Shown: piece after piece, positions 53,378 through 64,000 of the stretch
Layout of the letters: every line of letters begins with the position of its first letter
How positions within the stretch are numbered: the stretch's first letter is position 1
Source: the human T2T-CHM13v2.0 reference genome, Homo sapiens
Reading direction: 5' to 3' (one strand)
Assembly (NCBI RefSeq): GCF_009914755.1
Contig: NC_060929.1
DNA length: 64,000 nt
Program-made: the position numbers and the translations under genes
Notes under the pieces: model-generated
Seen by the model: the letters and a program-made list of their open reading frames with translations, nothing else
Told to the model about the DNA's origin: nothing
Databases searched by the model: none

Positions 53378-56214
53378 GTGAGTAGAGCTGGGAGTCTCCA
53401 GGGGTGGCCCAGTGCATGCCTGGCAAGAGACAAAAGGAGCCTGCACGTTGTGTTCTGAACTCTCAACTTCAGTTTCATTTTAAATGTCCGTTTCATGTTA
53501 ATGAAGTCCTTACTAATGATCTTAGTTTAATAATAAAAAGATTAAACAAATTTATAGGTTGATATTATATTGAATAGGTTGATAATTTATTGAATAAGTT
53601 GAAGAATATAAACAGGGAGAAAATGCAAATTCAGGATGATATTTACTGACATTGGCTATTTTGTTAAAGTAAGTAAAAAATAAATAGGGGGAAAGGGAAA
53701 ACCAGAGTTATCTATAGGCAAAGGATTTTTAAAAGCTCAAATAGAGAAAATACATCCCAATTTTATCACTATAAAGTATTATTAATTTTGTATACCTAAG
53801 GCATAGTTAATAAAAACAAATTGAAAAATAATAATATATAGGTTATATCATTTGAGTGTAAAAACCTGTAAAACCGTGTTTGTGTGTGTGTGTGTAAGTG
53901 TTTAGAAAAAGGTCTGGGAAAACGTATACTAAATTGTAATAGGATTGATGTGGAAGGAAAATGGATAAAGAAACTAAGGCACAAAGCAAGTAACTTTGAC
54001 CAGGGATACACAGCCTAAGTTTAGTTTTATAGGAAAAAAAATTGTGATAATCAGTTAGCAAATGATTCATCTCACACTTTTCAAAACAATATGATTGGCA
54101 AAAACTTTGTACATTACATTCTACTGTCTGCTCATCTGATTCATCTGTTAGTTGTCACAAAATAATTTTGTTACACCACTATAATTCTCTAAGTTCTTTC
54201 AGTAAAACATATTTATTGATGGGCTTTTTCTTCTGGAAAAATGTGCAACTCACAAAAGCAACCGTTTTTCTGCATGAATAAGTCTTCTGGGCCAGCAAGT
54301 TATTTGCATTGATAATTGGTTTATTTGGCTCATTTCCTGTAGAAATAAGTTCACCCATCTCTCAATATTGCTTTCATTTGTTGGTTGTGTCCTGTCTTTT
54401 CTGATTGAAGATATTGTGGTCCTTTTTAGGTTGCGCTAGTTTGACACACGTTTTTGTGTGAGAGGGAGACTGTGTTTCGTTTATTCCCTCGTTAGATCTT
54501 CATTATGCCTTTGCTGTTGTATATCCTAATGTTGGATGCTGTGAAGAATTAAAATAGAAGTGTTCTGTTTCCCTCAGAGCCTACTTGGGGGTGAAAGGTT
54601 TATTTATGCTCGAGTCAGTGCACTAAGTTCCTGTAAGAGTAATGGTGGCAGAAAAGACAGTCTAACCCCAAGGCACAGGTAAGGAGGAGTCTCAGACCAC
54701 GTGGTCAGAGGACCCCCAGGAGCTTGAGGAAGCCCCGTATCCAAGAGGGCGCTTAGCACTGTTTGCTGCTCACTTGCCCGAAATTAGTACTGGCTCAGGC
54801 AGAGACTGTGGAAATAGGAGACTAGAAAAAATGCGTTATCTCATATTCATTTTCATGTGCAATATTTTCATGTAAGTGATAGCTTAATTTTTTAGCAGAC
54901 TTCAGATTTCAAAGTTTTAATTTATCTCACTGTGCTAGTTTACCTCTTCAGTGGAGTAAAAATAACAGCATGACCACTGGTCCCTGGGGGATAGTTGGCA
55001 GTGTCTAAAGGCATTTTTTATTGTCATCAAAAATGATGACACCATATTGTCACCATAAGAATATGGTGGTATTTAGGGTGATAATGGTAGAGATGGAGAA
55101 AAGTCAATAAATTTGGGGTTCATTTTGGAGGTAGTATTGAGAGAGTCTGTTGTTAGGCTGGATGTAAATGCTGCTCTTCTGTTCTTACTTATCACAAAGT
55201 ACAGACTGCTAGGAACTCAGTAAGTATTTGTGGAAAACTTCCTATATTAATGGTTTTCCAGTGTAATAAAGTTACCGGGAACCCTTTATTTGATTTGCAG
55301 TTTCAGTCTTGGGAATTTTTTTCTTAAGTTTTTTGTTTGTTTCATAAACTTCTAGAGCAAAACAGACTTAGTGTCAAAAACTCAAAAAGTGTACAAATAC
55401 ATATGTTAGCTAATTCCTTAGCTACTGGTAACCACTGTCAAGGCTTTTGTGCAACCTGTCTGTGCATGTAAATGTAAATATGTAGAGAAATACAAACATA
55501 TATTTCACTCACCCATCCCACTTTTTAATTTGTTACAAAAATGGGACTATATTACCTTGCAACTTGCATCTTTCACTTAATAATATATCTTAGTCATCTT
55601 TCTGTGTCAGAATTTAAAGATCTGCTGTTCTTTTTAATACCCAGTATAGCATTTTTGAAGTTAATTTGACCTGTCTCTCAATTGATGGGTCATACATTGC
55701 TGCCTATTTTCCACTGTTCTAACCAGCGCTTCAGTGTTCCAACATCTTTGTACAAACAGTTTTGAATAGTTGTGTAAGCACTGTTCATCTGAAAGTTAAA
55801 TTCCCAGTTCAAAGGAATGCATGCACCTTTTCAGTGTCATTCCCTGGGGTCATCATACTCAGTTTTTCTCCCTCCATAATAGAGGATCATGATTACCTGT
55901 TCCCTTACTCTTTCCAACACTGGATCTTACCCGTCTAGCAGGAAAGCAGTGAAAGATGGTCTCATTGTTTGAGGTTAAATGTGTTCCTGTATATTTAGTG
56001 ACTGTATTTTTTAAATTGTGAACTTCGTATTTATAGGCTTTACTCATTCTTCTAAAGAATTGTTCATCGTTTTTCTGTTGACTATTCTATGTCATATGTT
56101 CCCAATGCTTAAAAATTTTTTGTCTGTGCACCAGTTTTTGGTGGTTCTTGTTTGGTTATGACATTTTAAATGTTTGTGTCATGAGGTTTGTTTTTTTTTT
56201 TCTTGCCTTTATAG

Positions 56215-56634
<420 letters not shown>

Positions 56635-57045
56635 TGACACAACCTTTAATCTGTATAAAAGTCCATCTACACAAGGTTTTAATAGTCTTGAAAAAAATGC
56701 TGATTTTTTTTCAGCCATTGTCGAATTGCATATTATAAAATTGTGCATTATGTCGAATTCATATTACAAAATACACATATCCCACGAATCCATCCAGCCG
56801 GAGGTATTACAGACTGACGTTAAATTTCCAGTGGTGTCTTTATCGTAAGATGGTCAAATGGAGGTGAGAGTGAGAAGAGGTCTGGTCGACATGCTCACTG
56901 AGACAGGAAAGCAGTGTGATTCTTTATTTATCGTGCTGTCTTGCAATGGCATTTGCATAAAAGTCTAAATAAAAATGAATGGAATTTCGCGGGTGTTTTA
57001 ATTGATTGCAAGCACCAACATACATCATTTTCTTTTTTCTCTCAG

Positions 57046-57161
57046 ATATCTTGAATGAACTCTTCCAACGGGAGAACAGGGTATTGCATTACTGGACCAT
57101 GAGGAAGAGACGGCTGGACCAGTGTCAGCAGTACGTGGTCTTTGAGAGGAGTGCCAAGCAG
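57046..57161 (+). CDS. TRIO: TRIO coding exon (probably exon 20)
   Basis: tctcAG|AT and CAG|GTcagt; 116 nt, phase 1-0; ILNELFQRENRVLHYWTMRKRRLDQCQQYVVFERSAKQ. Confidence 0.96.
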
Positions 57162-57502
57162 GTCAGTGCACACCTGGTGCCCAGCCTCCCCCTAAACTCC
57201 CGTGCTCACACCTGTCTCCACAGAGAGGCTGAGCTTGACATTTCCGCCATCTTGAAAACCACTTTCTAATGACAAACAGTATAGCCTTCTAGTTAAGTTT
57301 GTTATAAAAAGAAAACCCCACAGCCTGGTAAAAGCATGTCACTCAGTGATTTTGACCCTCAGCAAGTGTGCCTTCCCCTACTGTCTTTACCTCATCTCTA
57401 AGACAGCAAAGTACAAGTAATAATGACAAGGATTATTTAAAAATTATTGGGGAATCTTGGTTCTGTACTTAGGTAAATATGATGGATTTTTTTTTATATT
57501 GA

Positions 57503-57915
<413 letters not shown>

Positions 57916-59296
57916 TAGTCAAAAAGTGTTGATGTATCAAGGGGGTACATTTGGAGTATCCCCTTCTTAAGTCATTTTGGGATGAAGTGCTTCTGCCTGT
58001 ATCATCAGTCATGGACGAAGATCATTTTATTGTAAAAATCTGACCCCGTCTTAAATATTAAGATTCCTGTCACTTCTGTTTTGCCTTAATGGTTGCTTAA
58101 GAATCCGTAAACTTTCATCCAGAATTTGGGGGGTCTGGAGGGAAGCACAGGGGAGAAGGTGATTCCCCCAGCGTCTGTGTGTGGCCCAGCCCTGGTCTGG
58201 GCACCTTAAAGTCCCCCAGGGCAATTCTGTGATGACAGTTGGTGTTGACCCACATTCTGACCACGACACGGACCCATTTTCTGAATCCAGCTTGCAACCT
58301 CATATGCAGCTGATCCAGAGCAGGCATTGGATACATGCTTTTTAGCTGAAGAAAAATTAACTTTCTTAGCAGAGGTTTCCCACTTAAGGAACAGCTCTTG
58401 TTCCAATCTGAAAAATGTAAGTCTAGAAGGACGCAGCCCATGCTCAGAACTGCTCAGTTCCCAGAGTTAGATGAACTGGGTTCCTAGGCCAGGGATCTGG
58501 CGCCCCACCTTGGTCCTTCTCTCCTCCTGGTGACGTTCCAGGTGTAGCCAGCATGTTCCCAACAGCCAGGTGGCATGCAGTCACGTTTAGTAAATTATAC
58601 TCTCTTAACATTTATTAGACAGTTTAACCATATTCAAGATCATCGGAGGCCTGGTTAGATTTCTAATTAGAGATGGTTTCAGGTTCTTTTCTCACATAAC
58701 TTTATTATCTCTCTTGAAAGACAATCCCTCAGCTATAGAAAAGCGAAATTGTACATAATTTTGTTGGCAGAGAAAGATAATGGAATGTATTGTTGCATTT
58801 TCCTAAAGTCCGCTTATTCACCGAAAATAAAATCCTGAAGTGCGTGCTGTTGCAGGTGGTGCCCCATCTGCCTTCCAGCCGTTCTGCTTCTGTTCACTGT
58901 CACAATATGCAGCACATACCCAGTGCTTTCGCAGACCGGCCTCCAGGGCTCTTGCTGATCTTGCCTTGGCGCAGGCCCCTCCCGCCTGCTGGCCACCCAC
59001 CCCAGGCCTCACTGCTCTCCTTCCTATCTCCCACTCTAGTCATTGCCTTTCTTGGCGCTCATTTTTGGCTTGTTCTTATCTCTCTTTCCTCTTCTGTCTT
59101 TTCTGTGCGCTGTCTCCCAGCCCAGGCCTCCATTTCTGGTCTCCGGATTCACAAATCCCAGTTACATCCTTGACATCACTCCACAGTGACTTTATGAGAA
59201 GCAGAACTGCACTCTCGGTTCCCTGTCTCCGTGTCCCTCTTGTCTTACTTGTTGTTAGAAACAACTAGGTGTGGTGTTCTCAGTTCCCTCTTCCCG

Positions 59297-59374
59297 GCGC
59301 CCCGCCTCCTCCTTCGCGCCCCGCCTCCTCCTTCGCGCCCCGCCTCCTCCTTCGCTCCTCGCTCCTCGCTCCTC
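59297..59374. repeat. GC-rich 19-bp x3 tandem repeat followed by (GCTCCTC)x3
   Basis: GCGCCCCGCCTCCTCCTTC at 59297, 59316 and 59335. Confidence 0.93.
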
Positions 59375-59610
59375 CCTCGCTCCTGCACCAGGTCCAGGAG
59401 GCGCAGACCTCTGGGTTTCTCAGCCCCATCCTGTCGTATCCCATCCCGCTTCCCACTGCTGCCCTGGCCATGTCCCCTTGCCCCTCTGCTCCAGGGCGCT
59501 CCCCAGGGCGGCTGACTCCCCTCTCTCTGCACTCTAGTCCCTTCCTGAAAAGGCTCATAGTAGTGGTTTCTTTCATTGTACTTTTATTATGCCTTTAGGT
59601 TCATGGTTAC

Positions 59611-59907
59611 AAGAAACTCAAACTATTTTTTGTTTTTTTTGTGGGAGTGTAAATTAGTTCATTACGACAGTATGGCAGTTCCTCAAAGATCTAGAACCAG
59701 AAATACCATTTGACCTAGCAATCCCATTATTGGGTATATACCCAAAGAATTATAAATCATTCTACTATAAACTCATGCACACGTATGTTTATTGAAACAC
59801 TATTCACAATAGCAAAGACTTGGAACCAACCCAAATGCCCATCAGCAATAGACTGGATAAAGAAAATGTGGCACATATACACCATGGAATACTAAGAAAC
59901 TCAAACT
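59611..59907. mobile_element. L1PA fragment with inversion (poly-T tail plus + strand ORF2-end segment) between TSDs
   Basis: AAGAAACTCAAACT at 59611-59624 and 59894-59907; T tract 59626-59640; L1PA sequence 59641-59893. Confidence 0.9.
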
Positions 59908-60144
59908 TTTTATTGTTGCGACATAAGTGATACTGTTAAAACCATCTAGAATATCCTTTTTAAAAATTTTGTAATTGTGGTCACACTTCAGTTTTATTTA
60001 AGAAACTTGCCTCTCTGGGAGGGAATGCTTCTCGATGCTGCCAGCCTTGGTTTGTGATTTGACCTTTAAATGAGGTGCTCGGGGCTTTGGGCTCCTCTCA
60101 GGAATGTGTAGCCCTCTGACTCCATTCATTCCTTCCCCTTCCAG

Positions 60145-60267
60145 GCTTTGGAATGGATCCATGACAATGGCGAGTTCTACCTTTCCACACACACCTCCAC
60201 GGGCTCCAGTATACAGCACACCCAGGAGCTCCTGAAAGAGCACGAGGAGTTCCAGATAACTGCAAAG
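60145..60267 (+). CDS. TRIO: TRIO coding exon (probably exon 21)
   Basis: ttccAG|GCT and AAG|GTgggt; 123 nt, phase 0-0; ALEWIHDNGEFYLSTHTSTGSSIQHTQELLKEHEEFQITAK. Absent from the ORF track. Confidence 0.95.
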
Positions 60268-61717
60268 GTGGGTTCAGAGTGTACTTTGTATAGTGGCCTC
60301 TAAGTCGAAAGCGAGTCTTCAAAAATATCATAAAGAAATACCTCATGAGATTGGAGAAAAGGATGACCCAGTGGGCTGTTCCACATTAACTGGAGGATGC
60401 TTCCTCCTTCCGTTCACGTGTGTCCCTCCGTGTCCTCCACCTCCTCCCTTCATCTGTGTCCTTTGTCCCTCTGATGTCTGTGAATACGGCCATCTCTCTC
60501 CTTTTCTTCCTTGTCCTTCCCATTATTCCCTTCTACACTTTCCCCTTCCTGTTTACTTCTCTAAGATGTTTTCTGAGGACTTGCTATTTTTATGAAACAC
60601 TATTTGGTGTCCCCAAGTTGACCTTTATGTATTCTTGGGGTGTTTTCTTTCCTACACCTGGGGGTGTTTCACCGTCTTTAGATGGTGAAAACTGTTACAG
60701 TCGTGTTGCTCACGCTCAGTTTAGCCTGCAGTTGTCTGTGTTTTATGGTTGGCAGAGTCTGTGTCATCGCCTCTGTTAGTGCTTGTTCAGAGGTGTCTAA
60801 AACTTGAGGCATTTTCATTTTTCTCCTGAAAATAAAAATAAAATTATGAAATCGAATTATCTTTATGGCATATGCCATATGTGTGAGTAAATATGGCTTT
60901 TTGAGGAAAAATATAAGAATCTGCATATTGACCTGAATGTTGTCCCAATTAAGGCTTATACCTGCAGAGGCTGAGTCCTTCCAAGAACTCACAACAGTTT
61001 TGAGGCTCTTTTCAAGTCACCATTACAACCTGTGGGGTTGTTGTTTTTCAGAGTCTGAGTATACGTCCTTTGTAGTATTTTCTGAAGTGCCTCTATTGTT
61101 GATGACAGATTTCGAGTTTTTGGAAAAATCTGACAATTATTTCAAATGTATAAGAGTGGGAAATAAATGATAAGTGGGATAATATTTTTGGTTAAAAAGA
61201 AGTGTTTCTATAAAGTAGCAAGATTGGTTATCTCCTGTGGCCCCTACCCTGGCTTTGAAAACATAACAGGAATTTTTCAATCATGTAGAGAGAGGACAGC
61301 TACTTTGTATTATATTTATTTGTCCATGTTTATGTTTTCTGTTACTGTTACTGACTCCTCCTGCTCTTCTTTGCCACTCTCTGCTCCTGGTCCCCAAAGC
61401 TCTCCTTTCCCTCGGCCCTGAGGTGCTGGGCTCTCTCCTTTTCCACGGCTCCTATCCTGGAGGCTCACACAGGCAAGCAGGGCTGCAGAGAGACCAGGCA
61501 TGGGGGGCGCAGCAAGAAGACCCGGCCCAGGGTGGGGGTGTGGTGAGCACTGGGGGAGGGCAGGGCGCAGGACCAGGGGACAGTAGCTGCCCCCAGAGGC
61601 ACAATGAGCTCTAAGGAGGGCCGCCCCACCCTCCCCTGCAGGGAGGGATCATGGCTTTTCCTCCTCCACATACACACCTGGCTGGACAGTTTTCACTTTT
61701 TGTTAATATTTAGATAT

Positions 61718-62017
61718 TACATAATAGTTATGCACATTATATGATCCGTATTTAGGGGCGTGTGTGTGTCTGTGTGTGTGTTAGACATGGGATCTTGCTC
61801 TGTTACCCAGGCTGGAATACATAATAGTTATGCACATTATATGATCTGTATTTAGGGGCGTGTGTGTGTCTGTGTGTGTGTGAGACATGGGATCTTGCTC
61901 TGTTACCCAGGCTGGAATACATAATAGTTATGCACATTATATGATCCGTATTTAGGGGTGTGTGTGTGTCTGTGTGTGTGTTAGACATGGGAACTTGCTC
62001 TGTTACCCAGGCTGGAA
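61718..62017. repeat. 100-bp tandem triplication containing (TG)n and an antisense Alu 3' end
   Basis: TACATAATAGTTATGCACATTAT starts at 61718, 61818 and 61918; only a few substitutions between copies. Confidence 0.96.
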
Positions 62018-62233
62018 TGCAGTGGCACCATAATGGCTCAGTGCATCCTCAAACTTCTGAGCTCAAGGGATCGTCTTCAAACTCCTGAGCTCAAGGGAGG
62101 CTGAGGTGGGAGGATCGCTTGAGGCCAGGAGTTTGAGACCAGCTTGGGCAAGATGACAAGATCCTGTCTCTACAAAAAGAATTTTTTTTAATTAGTTGGG
62201 CATGGTGGTGTGTGCGCCTAAAGTCCCAAGCTA
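61980..62233. mobile_element. Rearranged AluJ: minus-strand 3' part joined to plus-strand 5'/middle part
   Basis: Antisense right-arm sequence to about 62098, then sense ggaggctgaggtgggaggatcgcttgagg...gtcccaagcta. Confidence 0.82.
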
Positions 62234-63559
62234 TGTCTGCTTATTTGAATATTGTTTGATTATAAAGGTATTAAGAAAATGCCTAACATCACATACCACA
62301 CTCAAAGCTAGATTTAAGATTTGCCATCTTTCACCTCTGCTCCACTCTGCAGGCCATTGTGTATGGCCAGACAGCCTGCTCACTGCCCAGCTCCAGGGGC
62401 CATGCATGGGGGATGTGATGTACACATGACTATTTGGAATTGAGTAACATGGTGGCCTGCTCCACTAATAAAGTGTATATGAAAGAATTTTTCCATTCCT
62501 GAATACTCCTTTTCCTCAAGTTTGATGTGTGGTTATTGAAAGATTGGGCAATGACAGGCTTATTTTTATTCTTGTATTTTATAAGAAATGTCTAAAATTG
62601 TGAGTGATATATGACCTTTCTGATCCTCAGATATGTAGAACTGTTTCTTTTGTTGGGTTTATTGAATTGGTTATACCAGGAGGAACTGGTAGATTTTGAA
62701 AAGAACACCCCTCACCTTTCCTTTTCTTAGCAATCTTTTTCTTTGGTTTCTGACTGCCTTTCCCTTAATCAGAAAACACCTGCTTTGGTGTTTGGAGATG
62801 TCCTTTGATTTTTCATCATGAGCTGAGGCTCCCTCACTTGCCTTCTGTCACCCGATCTTAGAATCTTCTAAGAAACCATTTTGCTTTTACTGTATAGAGA
62901 ATTCTTAGCTCTGAAAGGAAAGTCTTTCAGTGCACTTGTTACAATGTTATAACATTTTTAGTGTTGATGGAAATGAAGCTGGAAGGCTAAACAAGAGTCT
63001 CCCATCCCCGGCTCGCTGAGACTCGGCTCGGTCCCTTTGCAGCTCTCAGTGCAGTCATTTCTCCACGGGTCTTGCAGGCACCACCTGCATCCAGGTTGTG
63101 GGTGTTTATTTAAGAGAGATTTCTGTCCTCACTCCAAACCTAGTGACGTAGGCTCTCTTGGAGTGAGGCCTGCGGATGAGCATTTGAACAGCTCACCACT
63201 TGATTTTTGCACACACTGAGGTCCGGAAGCCATTGCCTTACTGACGCCACAGCCTTCTTCCCATAGGGCTTCCTGTGGTCCTGATCACCAGCGTCCGCAA
63301 TGCCAAATGCCTTACTTTGTTAGAAAGTGTCTAACACCATTGAATTTCTGTCTAAGAAAATGATGAGCAAAGCTCTCTTGAGCTTGTGGACTTAAGACTT
63401 CAATTTGCTTTTATTTTTCTCCAGTTCCTCGATTATGCCTACAGATGAAGTTGTTCAGTTAAAATGTTTATGTGCTTTTTAAGCACTGTAACGATCTCTA
63501 GAGATAACAAATAGAATAAGAATGAAAATCCTTATAATATCTCACTTTAAAAGATGTAA

Positions 63560-64000
63560 GAATTTTTTTTAATGATGTTTTCCAAGGTAAATGGCTTTGG
63601 AAAAAAAATTAAGTTGGATTTATATCTCACCTTGATACCGAGATAAATACCAGAAGAAGATTTAAATATCAGCAGTGGTACCTAATAGTACCAGAAGAAA
63701 TAACAGGATATTTTTTATATCCTCGTATGGAGAAATTTGTCTAAATGACACAAAATCCAAACCATGAAAGAAAAGGTTAATAAATTCACCTACACAAAAA
63801 AATGTAAAACTTTACACAAGACAGTCCACCATAAGGAACATCTAAAGTTAAAAATGAAATAGAGAAGATATATAGGCAGCTCATATCACAAAGGACTGAT
63901 TTGCCAGTAAGAAAGAACTTTTACAAATCAATAAGGAAAAAAAAGACCAAGAAAATGGACAAAAGATATTAAACATGTGTCATAGCAAGGGAATAAATGG
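63560..64000 (+). mobile_element. Old L1M ORF2 relic running off the window end
   Basis: A-rich; aagttggatttatatctcacctt...acaaatcaataaggaaaaa...gaaaatggacaaaagatat. Confidence 0.65.

Noticed and set aside
56719-56772. Imperfect duplicate TGTCGAATT(G)CATATTAYAAAAT
   Set aside because: A two-copy micro-duplication of about 23 bp with no further structure

Overview
Human (primate) genomic DNA lying entirely inside the TRIO gene (Trio Rho GEF), which is transcribed on the + strand. Twelve internal coding exons (7973-60267) have canonical AG/GT boundaries and compatible phases. They splice into one 1839-nt open frame (613 aa) of spectrin repeats. By recall of the canonical transcript these are exons 10-21 (about aa 578-1190), including the T1075/R1078/N1080 disease hotspot. 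The introns hold ordinary Alu, L1, MaLR-LTR, MIR/L2 and DNA-transposon fossils. Less ordinary structures are: a very homogeneous 44 x 51-bp minisatellite with three stop-free frames and an internal hairpin; a ~40-bp UG/E-box-rich minisatellite; a 26-bp minisatellite rich in SOX motifs; a 43-bp foldback inside an old LTR; a twin-primed L1 that kept only its poly(A) tail; and a triplicated, internally inverted Alu. I found no prokaryotic-type system (CRISPR etc.). Functional ideas for the non-coding structures are hypotheses, and exon and residue numbers come from memory.
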